Shown: one piece after another, positions 1 to 9,499 of the stretch | Numbering within the stretch: position 1 is the first letter of the stretch | Layout: each line of letters begins with the position of its first letter | DNA from: Candidatus Spongiisociaceae bacterium | GTDB taxonomy: Bacteria; Actinomycetota; Acidimicrobiia; Spongiisociales; Spongiisociaceae | Direction of reading: 5' to 3' | DNA length: 64,000 bases | Assembly (NCBI GenBank): GCA_965262915.1 | Contig: OZ253564.1 | Span: 2,176,001-2,240,000, forward strand | Notes under the pieces: model-generated | The model's input: the letters and a program-made list of their open reading frames with translations, nothing else | Database searches by the model: none | Told to the model about the DNA's origin: nothing | Made by a program: the position numbers and the translations under genes

Positions 1-979
1 GCTGGCTTCCCGCGAGGTGCTGCGCGACGTCCTCGCCGACCTGGCCGACCTCGGCTATGAGGTGATGGCCGGCTTCGAGTACGAGGTACGGATCTTCGAC
101 GGGGCGGGCCAACCCCTTTCGACGGGTCTCAGCTACAGCCTGGGGGAGATCGGCCGTTTCGACCGGCTGCTGGAGGTGCTGGTGCCGGCTCTCGAGGGTC
201 TCGGGGTGAACCTCGAAGCGGTCCACACCGAAGCGGGTCCGGGGTTGCTCGAGCTGAACATCTCGGCGCGGCGGGGTCTGGCGGCCGCCGACGACGCCGC
301 CTTGCTCAAGTTCGCGGTCAAGGACGTAGCAGCTTCCCTGGGTCTCACCGCCAGCTTCCTGGCCAAGACCATGCCGCTCGAGGAGGGATCGAGCGGGCAT
401 GTCCACCTGTCGTTCTGGCAAGGAGAGGAGAACGCCTTCGCCCCCGATGCCGAGGGAGAGTTCCCCGATACGTGCATGGCCGCAGTAGGAGGCCTTCTCG
501 ACCATCTCGCCGCCGCGTCCCTCCTGGTGAACCCCACCGTCAACTCCTACAAGCGCCTGGTTCCCGGTTACTTCGCGCCGGTGAACGTGAGTTGGGGATA
601 CGAGAACCGCTCCACGTCGGTGCGTGCCATCCGGGGTGACCGCCCCGCTCGTTCCCGCCTGGAGTGTCGCCGTCCCGGCGCCGACGCCAACCCCTACCTG
701 GCCCTGGCGGCGCTGGTTGCGTCGGCCATCATCGGGATCAGGGATGGGGTGGAGCCGCCGGCGCCCGAGACCCAGGATGTCTCCGAGAGGGCCGACCTGC
801 CGCCGCTGCCCAACTCCCTGGAGAGTGCCCTCAGAGCTTTTCGCGCCGATACCGCTTTGCGGGAGGCATTGGGCACGGATTTCAGCGGCTACTACGACAT
901 ATCAAGGGCCTGGGAGCTAAGTGCCTGGCAGAAGAGCGTCAGCGACTGGGAGCGGGAACGCTACACCCGAGCCGTCTAG
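1..979 (+). CDS. Glutamine synthetase-family ligase (GS-like, probably gamma-glutamyl-amine ligase), 5'-truncated by window edge
   Basis: GFEYE, HTEAGPGLLELN, GSSGHVHLS, NSYKRLVPG..AP, WGYENR, RLECRRPGADANPYL motifs; frame open from window start. Confidence 0.9.
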   Translation, partial: LASREVLRDVLADLADLGYEVMAGFEYEVRIFDGAGQPLSTGLSYSLGEIGRFDRLLEVLVPALEGLGVNLEAVHTEAGPGLLELNISARRGLAAADDAALLKFAVKDVAASLGLTASFLAKTMPLEEGSSGHVHLSFWQGEENAFAPDAEGEFPDTCMAAVGGLLDHLAAASLLVNPTVNSYKRLVPGYFAPVNVSWGYENRSTSVRAIRGDRPARSRLECRRPGADANPYLALAALVASAIIGIRDGVEPPAPETQDVSERADLPPLPNSLESALRAFRADTALREALGTDFSGYYDISRAWELSAWQKSVSDWERERYTRAV

Positions 980-1088
980 TCTCGGTCACTGAAGTGACGC
1001 TCGCTCGGCTGATACCCGACGCAGATGTGGACGGAACCATCGGAGATACCGTCCGAACACCGACCCGATCCAGCGATGGAGTTGAGCA

Positions 1089-1514
1089 ATGCCGGACACG
1101 GTAAGGAGAGCGCTTGGAGGGGCGTTGTTTGCCTACGCCGTCATCTACGCGGTACAGGTTGTCTTCAACATCTTCTATTCCGGTCTGCTCCCCCGCATGG
1201 AGGTGTACCGGGTCATGAACTACTTCACGGCGGTGGGCATTCTGGTATCCGTTGTCGTCGTCTGGAGACACAAGCTGGAAACGGACGATCCGGACACGGC
1301 GCCTGGCCGGCAGCTGGCGGCTCAGGCCGGGTTCTACTGCACTCTGGCCCTGGCCATATGGTTCTTCACCCTCTGGTTCCAGTTGCTCACCCTGGGTGAC
1401 GGCGAGTCCTTGAGCGAGGCCGACAACGTTGCGTGGTACCTCGTCTCCGTGCTCAACCCGCTGGTGCTTGGAACCACCGGCGCCCACCTCAGGAAATCGG
1501 CAGGCGCTCGATGA
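1089..1514 (+). CDS. Hypothetical membrane protein (about 4 TM helices)
   Basis: 141-aa ORF with four hydrophobic segments; stop overlaps next ATG (ATGA). Confidence 0.65.
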   Translation: MPDTVRRALGGALFAYAVIYAVQVVFNIFYSGLLPRMEVYRVMNYFTAVGILVSVVVVWRHKLETDDPDTAPGRQLAAQAGFYCTLALAIWFFTLWFQLLTLGDGESLSEADNVAWYLVSVLNPLVLGTTGAHLRKSAGAR

Positions 1515-1714
1515 AGAAGGTTGCCGACGAGCAGGTAATACTCGACAGGTAGGGCCGGATGGGGTCGCTGGTATTGGAGGAACCGGACGGGAGTGTCGTC
1601 CTTAGGGGCACCAAGACCAGCAAGTGCTCCTGGAAGCAAACCTACCCTGCAATGGCTGCCGAGGGAGAGGACTGGAGCGACTTCGACATCACTGCCGCTG
1701 ACGACCTGTGGTGA
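1511..1714 (+). pseudogene. Degenerate AbrB/MazE-like antitoxin with internal TAG (1550-1552)
   Basis: Manual translation MKKVADEQVILDR*GRMGSLVLEEPDGSVVLRG...SWKQTYPAMAAEGEDWSDFDITAADDLW*; acidic W-rich tail; TGATG coupling to a PemK-like ORF. Confidence 0.55.
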
Positions 1715-1926
1715 TGACGGACTTCCCCGAGCGGTGCGCCGTCCACTTCGCCGGTCTCAACCTTGCGGTCGGAAGTAAGACCGCAAAGGTTCGTCCTGTT
1801 GTGATAGCCGGCCGGAACGAGATGAGCAGGTTGATGAGCTTTGTTGTGGTTTGCTCTTCACCTCTACGCTGCTCCACCCGGGCTGCACTCATCTGTAGGG
1901 AGCCGTGTCGGTGCCGGGTGACTTGA
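1714..1926 (+). pseudogene. Truncated/degenerate PemK/MazF toxin
   Basis: ...FAGLNLAVGSKTAKVRPVVIAGRNEMSRLMSFVVVC resembles the MazF N-terminus (LDP.vGSE..K.RP.vvvS.....vvv.P); similarity is lost after ~50 aa. Confidence 0.6.
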
Positions 1927-3148
1927 CCATTCGGCCACCCTTCCAGACCATGGTGATCTGAGAGGAGTCTCCGAGGACCGAGATGTTGTCCAGTGGGTTG
2001 GTGGCGACCGCGATCACATCGGCGTCGTAGCCTTCGGCCAGCAAACCGGTCTTGGGCGCCCGAGGGCCGAGGGTCAGCGGACCGTTGGCGGTGGCCGCCT
2101 CGATTGCCTGTATCGGGGTCATGCCGGCCTTGACCAAGGCGGCGAGTTCCAGACCGTTAGTGCCCCAAGGTCCGCCACTCACCATGATGTCGGCCCCGGT
2201 GGCGATGGGGATTCCCGAGGCGATGGCGAGTCGCATCGCGGCGGAATGCGTCCGCTCGACCTTGGCCTGAGCCTGCCATGCCCAGTCCGGGATCTGGCCC
2301 TTGAGCGACACCAGGTACTCGACGGCGTGGCGGGTCGGAACCGCCATGGTCCCCATCTCGAGCATCAACTCGGCCGTCTCCTGATCGAGAGTGCTGCAGT
2401 GTTCGATGGTCTTGACGCCGGCCCGGGCAGCCGCTGCAACTCCCGCTAGTCCGTGGCAGTGGGCTCCCACCGCCATCTCGGCCATGGCGGCCTCCTCGAC
2501 GATGGCCCGCAGTTCCTTGTCGTTGAACTGGCGGTGGTCCGGATGGTCGAAATGGCTCATGGTGCCGCCCGTGGCGTTGATCTTGATGACCTTGGCACCG
2601 ACCCGGATCTGGCGCCGGACAGCCTTGATGCACTCCGCCACCCCGTCGCAGACGGCCACCCAACCCACGCCCGAAGCGGCCAGGTCGTCCCGCCAGGACT
2701 CGGGCATCCAGTGGATGTCGCTGTGCCCGGCGGTGGGCCCGAGTGCCGACCCTGCGCCGTATATGTTGGGTCCGATGAGCGTTCCCTCGTCGGCCAGCCG
2801 CCCCAGGTGGACACCCATACCTCCCATCTCGCGGGTGCTGGTGAACCCCGCCATCAGGAGCGTGTGCGCGTCGCGGGCCGCCCGCACTGCCAGCATGGGC
2901 AGCGGGGTGGTGGCCAATTGCGTTAGATCGGCTGACTCGGTCCCGAAGAAATGGGAGTGGCAGTCCCACATGCCGGGCATGACCACCGGCACGTGATGGG
3001 TCTCGCTGCGCGGGGTCTCGGGTGCATCCGCCCGCGTCCCCGCGTAGGCGATGGTCTCGCCGTCGATCACCAGGCACCCGTCGGGTACCGGATCGCCCCG
3101 TCCCGGAATCAGCAGACTGGCCTCTATGCGTATCGAATCGGTTGTCAC
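1889..3148 (-). CDS. Metal-dependent amidohydrolase (Xaa-Pro dipeptidase-like subfamily)
   Basis: MPGMWDCHSH, GHSD, KINATGG, AHCHG, TIEH, GAD, GYDADVI; GTG start at 3148 after GGAGG. Confidence 0.9.
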   Translation of the reverse strand: MTTDSIRIEASLLIPGRGDPVPDGCLVIDGETIAYAGTRADAPETPRSETHHVPVVMPGMWDCHSHFFGTESADLTQLATTPLPMLAVRAARDAHTLLMAGFTSTREMGGMGVHLGRLADEGTLIGPNIYGAGSALGPTAGHSDIHWMPESWRDDLAASGVGWVAVCDGVAECIKAVRRQIRVGAKVIKINATGGTMSHFDHPDHRQFNDKELRAIVEEAAMAEMAVGAHCHGLAGVAAAARAGVKTIEHCSTLDQETAELMLEMGTMAVPTRHAVEYLVSLKGQIPDWAWQAQAKVERTHSAAMRLAIASGIPIATGADIMVSGGPWGTNGLELAALVKAGMTPIQAIEAATANGPLTLGPRAPKTGLLAEGYDADVIAVATNPLDNISVLGDSSQITMVWKGGRMVKSPGTDTAPYR

Positions 3149-3211
3149 ATCTTCCTCCCCGGACCGCACGATAGGCTTGATCGCCCGCTGTTTGCGACGA
3201 GGGGATCCCCT

Positions 3212-3646
3212 TTGCGAGTCAAGAGGAAGGTCTTCATCAACCGGAACGTGGACGTGGTGTTCGGGTACCTGGCCTCGCCCGTAAACGAGCCGCGGTGGCG
3301 GGGGAGCGTGCTGCGAAACACACCCGACGAACCGGTTGTTCTCCGGCTGGGGTCCACGGGCGACAGCCTGATCCGGTTCATGGGCCGCGAGGTGGATGTC
3401 CCCTGGGAGATAGTGGAATTCGTCGACGACGCTCGGCTGTGCCGGGAGTACAAGTCGCGTGTCCGGGGGGGACGGGATCTCTATGTGTTGCAGCCGTTCG
3501 GGATCGGGTCCACCATCGTCGAGGTTGAGGTACAGGTCGAGGTCGCCGGTCTGGTGGGCTTGCTCACCACGAGCCGGCGCTCCTCGATGGAGCGCGAACT
3601 GCGAGCCGACCTCCAACGACTGAAAGCAGTCCTCGAAACCAGCTGA
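3212..3646 (+). CDS. SRPBCC (polyketide cyclase/START-like) family protein
   Basis: V.I.R....VFGYLA.P.NEPRW N-terminus and DLQRLKAVLE C-terminal helix; start approximate (TTG). Confidence 0.75.
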   Translation: MRVKRKVFINRNVDVVFGYLASPVNEPRWRGSVLRNTPDEPVVLRLGSTGDSLIRFMGREVDVPWEIVEFVDDARLCREYKSRVRGGRDLYVLQPFGIGSTIVEVEVQVEVAGLVGLLTTSRRSSMERELRADLQRLKAVLETS

Positions 3647-3923
3647 CCGTCGAGCAGAAAAACGTTACCTAGCCGGCCGCCGGTAGCTTTGATCTGGGGT
3701 TGGGGGGATCTGATCCCTGCGCGCATGTAGGACTTGCTGATGGTCGTAGCGAAGTTGATCCGCCGGGTCTCAGCGATACTGGAGACGGACCAGTTGGGGT
3801 GATGATCCGTTTTCCGATTCTCCGCGTCGGGTAGACGGCTCCGTAGCGGGAGTCATACGTTTTACATGATCTAGTGATATTTACAGGTTGGATGTGTCAC
3901 AGGGCCGTGGTACAACTTACATC

Positions 3924-5213
3924 ATGGATAACGAACACACGTTCGCTCTCGTCAGGGACACCACGGGCACCAACACTGCGACCGGCCCGGCATCCGACCA
4001 GTCGGTCAACGACGCCGTCGAGCGGATCAGAGTCGCGCTCGCGGAGTTGAACCAGGTGCGGATAGGTCCCATGTCCCGGCCCGAAGCGCACCGCACGCTG
4101 GGACTGCTGAGTCAGGCTCAATCGGTGGTCACCTCTTTGATGTGTGACGTAGGCCGCCAGGTCGCCGACACCGAGCCTGATAGTGATCCTGCCGAGGTGC
4201 TGCGGCAAGGAGCGCGCCTGCCGAGCCGGGAATCCAAGCGGATGGCGAAGGTAGCCCGGCAGCTGTCGGAAATGCCCAAAGTCCGGGAACGCTTCTCGAC
4301 CGGTGACATCACCCCGACCCATGTCAACGCGCTGGCCAACGCGGCGGAGAAGGTCGGACCCGACGCAGTGGAAACCGACGAGGGGCTGTTGGAGGCCGCC
4401 GACCAGATGTCGCCGGACAGTTTCAACCGGCACGCCCGGAAGTGGTCCGACCGCAAGCTCATCGAAGCGGGTCTCGACCCGCTCGAGCGGCAGCGGCGGG
4501 CTCGCGAAGCCAAGCTATGGGTGGAGAAGGAAACCGGGCTCGGAGTGCTCATGGCGAAGGTCCCTCGACCCCAGTTCGAACACTTCCGCCAAGCCATCGA
4601 CAGCCACTACATGCGCCTTGTACGGCAGGACGGAACCGACAGCCCCGATCCCGACCAAGTGCGCACCCCCACCCAGCGTCTCGCCGATGTGGTGTTCGAA
4701 CTGGTAACCAACCGCAACGCGGTCACCGGCGAATTCGTCACCGAGAACGTTGGGATCAGGGCCAAGGCCTCCACCCAGCTAATCCTCGTCGCCTCCGTAG
4801 GTGTGCTGGACGGCACCGACCCCGGTGGGCAGATCGAGATGATCGGGGTCGGCCCCGTGCCCCGCCACATCCTCGCAACGCTGTCCCCGGACACCGAACT
4901 GGCCGGCATGATCTTCAACCGGGCAGGCCGTCCGCTCTGGTTAGGCCGGAACCAGCGCCTCGGCAACGCAGCCCAACGATTGGCGGTTGCCGTACGAGAC
5001 GGCGGATGCTTCGACTGCGGCGCCCCGATGCACCGATGCGAACTCCACCACATCCGCGAATGGCACCGCGACCGTGGCCGAACCGACATCCACAATCTTG
5101 TCGCCGTCTGCCGCCGGCACCACAGGTGGCTGGATACCAACAACCTCGTAGTCCGGCGAACCCCCAACGGCTACCAGACCCGACCCCGAGCCGGACCAAG
5201 CCCGCCGGGATGA
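3924..5213 (+). CDS. DUF222 (13E12-repeat) protein with C-terminal HNH endonuclease
   Basis: RTPTQRLADVVFEL; PLWLGRNQRL...QRLAVAVRDGGCFDC...CELHHIREWHRDRGRTDIHNLVAVCRRHHR. Confidence 0.88.
   Translation: MDNEHTFALVRDTTGTNTATGPASDQSVNDAVERIRVALAELNQVRIGPMSRPEAHRTLGLLSQAQSVVTSLMCDVGRQVADTEPDSDPAEVLRQGARLPSRESKRMAKVARQLSEMPKVRERFSTGDITPTHVNALANAAEKVGPDAVETDEGLLEAADQMSPDSFNRHARKWSDRKLIEAGLDPLERQRRAREAKLWVEKETGLGVLMAKVPRPQFEHFRQAIDSHYMRLVRQDGTDSPDPDQVRTPTQRLADVVFELVTNRNAVTGEFVTENVGIRAKASTQLILVASVGVLDGTDPGGQIEMIGVGPVPRHILATLSPDTELAGMIFNRAGRPLWLGRNQRLGNAAQRLAVAVRDGGCFDCGAPMHRCELHHIREWHRDRGRTDIHNLVAVCRRHHRWLDTNNLVVRRTPNGYQTRPRAGPSPPG
3932..3945. promoter_or_regulatory. LexA (SOS) box
   Basis: CGAAC-ACAC-GTTCG, an exact match to the Gram-positive/actinobacterial CGAAC-N4-GTTCG consensus, just inside the DUF222-HNH gene. 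Confidence 0.8.
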
Positions 5214-5230
5214 TCTCCCGCGCGGAGATC
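5212..5230 (+). terminator. Hairpin directly after the DUF222-HNH stop
   Basis: GATCTCC-cgcgc-GGAGATC perfect 7-bp stem; no U-tract. Confidence 0.35.
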
Positions 5231-5353
5231 TGACATCTCACCACGAGCACCCCAGGCCCAATCTCGGCGGATACAGGAATGTTTCCCCTCTTGGATCAGG
5301 GGGGTGGAGGGTTACCGTCCGCCCGTGTGCCCGCAGCGGAGTTGGGCGACGCG

Positions 5354-6553
5354 CTACTTCCCGGGTCGCCGGCTACTCCATACGGCGCGGGGTAGCCGCT
5401 TCTCCTTATCGACGAACGGCAGAGTGTCCACGGTCGCCTCATGTGGCGTTCCATCGTGCTCATGCAACAAGACCCTCTTGCCGAACCAGTCATCGTCCGG
5501 CAAAGGCCGATCGAAGCGCGCATAGCCGATTCCCGTATTCAGCGTGGGCGACCACGTTCCGATCGTCACATGCCCGACCGGGCCGTTTTTGAAGTGGACC
5601 TGCATTCCGGCTTCCGGTGCAGCGGTAGCACAGACCAGGCCAAACAGGAGCTGGCTGCGATCGGCCTGTTCCAACGCGGCTCGGCCGACGAAGTCTTCTT
5701 TGTCGAGTCTGACAAACTGCCCGAGACCTGCACCGAACGGTGTCAAGTCCGGATCGATATCGCTGCCGTTGTCAAGAATTCCAGACTCGATACGTCGAAT
5801 TCCCATCGACGACCCCGAGCTGAACTTCATGCCAAAAGGCTCACCGCAGGCGAATAGATCATCCCAGAGGGCATCATGATCTGTCGGTCTTGGGCCGCTA
5901 TTGCAGTAGATCTCGATTCCCACTTCCCCTGTCCACCCGGTGCGTGAGACCCACAATGTTTGGCCGCAGACGTCAAAGAATCCAGCGTGAAAGTATTTGA
6001 AGTCGGCCGATAGTCCACCGCCAGTCGCCGCATCCAGCACGTCAAGGGATTTTGGTCCCTGAATCTGTAGTACTCGTGAATTCGGATCGGAGACTTCTAC
6101 ATCAAGCCCGATAGCGTTCGCCTTGAGCCAGCTGGTGAACTTGCCGTTTGCCTTGACATACCAGTAGCGATCTTCCGCCAGTCGCATGACTACTCCGTCC
6201 ATCAGAACAGTGCCATCTTCATTGCAGGCGATGCCGTAGCGACATCGACCGATTCCGAGTGTCTCGACTCTGCACGCGAGGACTCTCTCGAGCAGTCTGG
6301 CAGCATCTGGGCCGATGATCTCGAGCGGTTTCTCCGGAACGTCGTACAACAGGACGCCATGGCGCAACTTCCAATACTGAGGAATAGGGTCCTCGTCATG
6401 GGTCGTCTTGAGCGGATACAGGCGATCGCAGTACAAGCCGAAGACCGTCTCATCAGTCACATATCGGTGAGCAAAGGGTGACTGGGCGAGTCGGAACGAA
6501 CTCAACCGGACCGTATCGAACGATTCGATATAGAAGTGTTTGTCCCCCATCAT
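5354..6553 (-). CDS. Aminomethyltransferase (GcvT/DmdA/LigM-like folate-dependent) family protein
   Basis: LEIIGPDAARLL, G.CRY...CNEDG....DG, QIQGPKS, SRTGWTGEVGIEIY, RRIESG, DFVGRAAL. Confidence 0.88.
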   Translation of the reverse strand: MMGDKHFYIESFDTVRLSSFRLAQSPFAHRYVTDETVFGLYCDRLYPLKTTHDEDPIPQYWKLRHGVLLYDVPEKPLEIIGPDAARLLERVLACRVETLGIGRCRYGIACNEDGTVLMDGVVMRLAEDRYWYVKANGKFTSWLKANAIGLDVEVSDPNSRVLQIQGPKSLDVLDAATGGGLSADFKYFHAGFFDVCGQTLWVSRTGWTGEVGIEIYCNSGPRPTDHDALWDDLFACGEPFGMKFSSGSSMGIRRIESGILDNGSDIDPDLTPFGAGLGQFVRLDKEDFVGRAALEQADRSQLLFGLVCATAAPEAGMQVHFKNGPVGHVTIGTWSPTLNTGIGYARFDRPLPDDDWFGKRVLLHEHDGTPHEATVDTLPFVDKEKRLPRAVWSSRRPGK

Positions 6554-6622
6554 CTATACCTCAAATACGGGATAGGCGAAGTGTTTATGATAGCAGAACA
6601 GTGAGAACCTGAGCGCGCCGCT

Positions 6623-7987
6623 TTAGTACAGTTCCAAGTACTCGTTGGTCTCCCAGGCGCTGATCCCGTCGGTGCGCTGCGAGTCCGGGTCCTCGTCCTC
6701 CTCCGCGGCGTACCTTCCCAACTCGTAGCGCCGGACGGCCAGCATCGCGTCCTTGAACTCCTGACCGAAGAACTCGGTGGTGGCGGCGCTGGCCTCGAAG
6801 TGGTCCAGTGCCTCTCCGAGCGTGGCAGGAAGCTTCTCCAGAGACTCGTCTTCTTCCGCCGGTACCCCCTTGCGCGAGGGCGGCGGCGGTTCCAACCCCC
6901 TCTCGATCCCGTCCAAACCGGCGGCCAGGATGGCGGCGCCGGCCAGGTAGGGGTTCATCAAGGCGCTGGGGGACCGGGTCTCGACCCGGGTGGCGTCCGG
7001 ACCGGCTGCCTTCACCCTGAGGAGGGCGGAGCGGTCCTCCAATCCCCAGGAGATGTTGGTGGGGCTGAAGGTGTGGGTCCGGCGTCGTCGGCGGCAGTTG
7101 ATGGTGGGGGCGAGCAATGCGTCGATGGCGTTGGCATGGGTGATGAGTCCGGCCACGAACTGGAGGCCCACCTCGCTGAGTCCCTGGTCGTGGGATTCGT
7201 CGGCCATCACGTTCTGGCCGCTGTCCTTGTCCACCAGCGACATGTGGATATGGCAGCCGTTGCCTGAATGATCCACCCACGGCTTGGTCATGAAGGTGGC
7301 CACGTACCCGTCCTGGTGGGCGATCTGCTTCACGCCGTTCTTGAACGTGAAGGCCTTGTCGGGGCCGTCGAGGCCGCGGCCGGGGGTGAAGTTGATCTCC
7401 CACTGCGACCCGGCGTACTCGCAGTTGGAGGTGATGATGTCGATACCCACGCCGGGCATCAGGTCCACGATCCTGTTGATCGTCGGGACCCACTCGTTGC
7501 GGACCACGTTGAAGATGTGGTACCCCTCGAAGAGGCGCTCGTGGGTCTCGCCGTCGAGGAGGTAGAACTCGAATTCGCACCCGGTCATCGGTTCGAACCC
7601 CATGCTGTGGGCCTTCTCGAGGACCCGGCGGTATACGGCCCGCGGTGTGGCCTCGAGGGTCTTGCCGTCGTACCACTGGGCATCGCAGATCAGGCGGGCG
7701 GTCTCGGGCGCCCAGGGCACGGTGGCGGCGGTGGTTGGATCGGGGAACAGCAACTGGTCTCCGTAGCCGACCTCTTCGTTGTAGAGACTTCCGGGAACTA
7801 CATCGGAGCGTGTGTCGAGAACCGCGGCGCCCCCGTACATGTTGAGGCCCCTGCGTGCGAAGCCAGGGGCGGCGTTGAGAGGCACGATCTTGGTGCGGGA
7901 GGTGCCATGCAGGTCGGGCAACTCGAAGCGTACCCGCTTGATTCCCTGTGATTCCCAGTCGTCGAAGATCTGATCGAACTCGGACAC
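6623..7987 (-). CDS. Glutamine synthetase-family protein (PuuA/GlnA3-like gamma-glutamyl ligase)
   Basis: DLHG..R.K, GCEFEFYL, EYAGSQWEIN, FMTKP...SGNGCHIHMSL, WGLEDRS, RVETR.PS...NPYL; GTG start after GGAGG. Confidence 0.9.
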   Translation of the reverse strand: MSEFDQIFDDWESQGIKRVRFELPDLHGTSRTKIVPLNAAPGFARRGLNMYGGAAVLDTRSDVVPGSLYNEEVGYGDQLLFPDPTTAATVPWAPETARLICDAQWYDGKTLEATPRAVYRRVLEKAHSMGFEPMTGCEFEFYLLDGETHERLFEGYHIFNVVRNEWVPTINRIVDLMPGVGIDIITSNCEYAGSQWEINFTPGRGLDGPDKAFTFKNGVKQIAHQDGYVATFMTKPWVDHSGNGCHIHMSLVDKDSGQNVMADESHDQGLSEVGLQFVAGLITHANAIDALLAPTINCRRRRRTHTFSPTNISWGLEDRSALLRVKAAGPDATRVETRSPSALMNPYLAGAAILAAGLDGIERGLEPPPPSRKGVPAEEDESLEKLPATLGEALDHFEASAATTEFFGQEFKDAMLAVRRYELGRYAAEEDEDPDSQRTDGISAWETNEYLELY

Positions 7988-8098
7988 CTTCCCAACCTCC
8001 TCGTGGCCGGCCCTCCGCTCAGGCATGTCAAAGGCCCTCGCCGTGCGAGGACCGATTATAAGGGGTTGGCAGGCTGCCGTTCTTCGAGTGGCGACCAC

Positions 8099-8137
8099 CA
8101 CCACGGAATACGGACCACCGACCACGGAACAACGACC
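8099..8137. repeat. Degenerate 7-bp tandem array
   Basis: accacgg aatacgg accaccg accacgg aacaacg acc, between divergent genes. Confidence 0.55.
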
Positions 8138-8152
8138 GGGTATAGTCGGCCG

Positions 8153-9499
8153 ATGACGACATCACACCCCCGCGAATCGGCGGTTTTCTACCGCAGTCCC
8201 GACGACGAATACCCCATGATCGTGCGCGCCGAGGGATTCCACCTGTGGGACTCCTCCGGCAAGAGGTACCTCGACCTCTCTAGCGGCATATCGGCTACCG
8301 CAGGAATCGGCCAGGGCAGGCCGGAGATAGCCGAGGCTATGGCTGCCCAAGCGCGAACCCTGTCCTTCGTCCACAACTCACGGGTAACCAACGACCAGCA
8401 GGAGTTGCTGGCCGCCCGCCTGGCGGAACTGGCCCCGGAAGGAGTCGGAAAGGTGATGTTCACCTCCGGCGGGTCGGAGGCGAACGAGCTGTCTATTCGC
8501 ATAGCGCGCCAGTACCACTTGTCCCGGGGCGACTGGGAGCGGATCAAGATCGTGGCGCTCGCGCCGAGCTATCACGGCGCCACGGTCGGGGCACTGTCGA
8601 TGACCGGCCGCTGGGATGTGAACCGCGCCTACGACCCGCACCTGATGCACACGGTCAAGGTGACGGCGCCGGTCGGCTTCCGGGGGCCCTTCGCCGGTCT
8701 GGATGGCGAAGCCCTCGCCGAACGCGCGGCATCCGCCGTGGAGGACGCCATCGAAGCGACCGGGCCTCATACCGTGTCGGCGTTCATGGGCGAGCCGGTA
8801 TCCCCATCGGCGGGCATGCCCGTGCCGCCTGCTTCGTACTGGCAGAAAGTGCGCGACATATGCGATCGGCACGGGATCCTCCTCATCACCGACGAGATCG
8901 TGACCGGCGCCGGACGAACCGGCGAGTTCCTGGCCATGGAACACTTCGGGGTGGTACCCGATCTCTGCAACCTCGCCAAGGGACTCAGCGGGGGTTACAT
9001 GCCTCTGGGAGCGACGCTCGTAAGGAACGAGATCGTCGGCGAGATAGCGGTCCAGAATCGCCGCATGGCCGAGGTTCACACGTTCAGCGGCGCCCCGGTT
9101 TCCTGCGCGGTGGGTTTGGCGGTACTCGAGGTCATAATCCGGGAAGGCCTGGTCGAGCAGGCTGCCAAGCGGGGGGCCTTCCTCCGCTCCCTGCTCGAGC
9201 ACGAGTTGGGCCACCTGCCCGTCGTGGGTGAGATCCGCGGTATCGGCCTCATGCAGATGGTCGAGTACGTGCGGTCGCGAGACGGCCGTGAGAAGTTCCC
9301 GGCGGAGTCGAAGGTGGCCGCATCGCTGTCCGCCGCCATGTACGAGCGTGGGGTGGTGCTGAACACGCTCGGCTCGCAGAGTGCCCTGGTGGGGGATTGC
9401 ACGGTCTTCTTCCCGGCGCTGACGATCGGCGAATCGGACCTCGAGCAAGGGGTTAGCGTGCTTCGCGAGGTGTTGGAGGATCAGCATGGCCGATGGTGA
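8153..9499 (+). CDS. Class-III PLP aminotransferase
   Basis: TSGGSEANE, SYHGAT, DEIVTGAGRTG..PDL.NLAKGLSGG; TATAGT -10 box 6 nt before ATG. Confidence 0.92.
   Translation: MTTSHPRESAVFYRSPDDEYPMIVRAEGFHLWDSSGKRYLDLSSGISATAGIGQGRPEIAEAMAAQARTLSFVHNSRVTNDQQELLAARLAELAPEGVGKVMFTSGGSEANELSIRIARQYHLSRGDWERIKIVALAPSYHGATVGALSMTGRWDVNRAYDPHLMHTVKVTAPVGFRGPFAGLDGEALAERAASAVEDAIEATGPHTVSAFMGEPVSPSAGMPVPPASYWQKVRDICDRHGILLITDEIVTGAGRTGEFLAMEHFGVVPDLCNLAKGLSGGYMPLGATLVRNEIVGEIAVQNRRMAEVHTFSGAPVSCAVGLAVLEVIIREGLVEQAAKRGAFLRSLLEHELGHLPVVGEIRGIGLMQMVEYVRSRDGREKFPAESKVAASLSAAMYERGVVLNTLGSQSALVGDCTVFFPALTIGESDLEQGVSVLREVLEDQHGRW

Noticed and set aside
1889-3616. 575-aa version of the amidohydrolase ORF (similarly the extended starts at 35218, 40850, 21659, 55721, 37325)
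   Set aside because: The extensions overlap neighbouring genes or promoters; internal starts with RBS/-10 support and family-typical N-termini were used instead.
6623-7987. Calling the GS-like genes glnA
   Set aside because: They have the GS fold, but context and divergence fit gamma-glutamyl-amine ligases better than housekeeping GSI.
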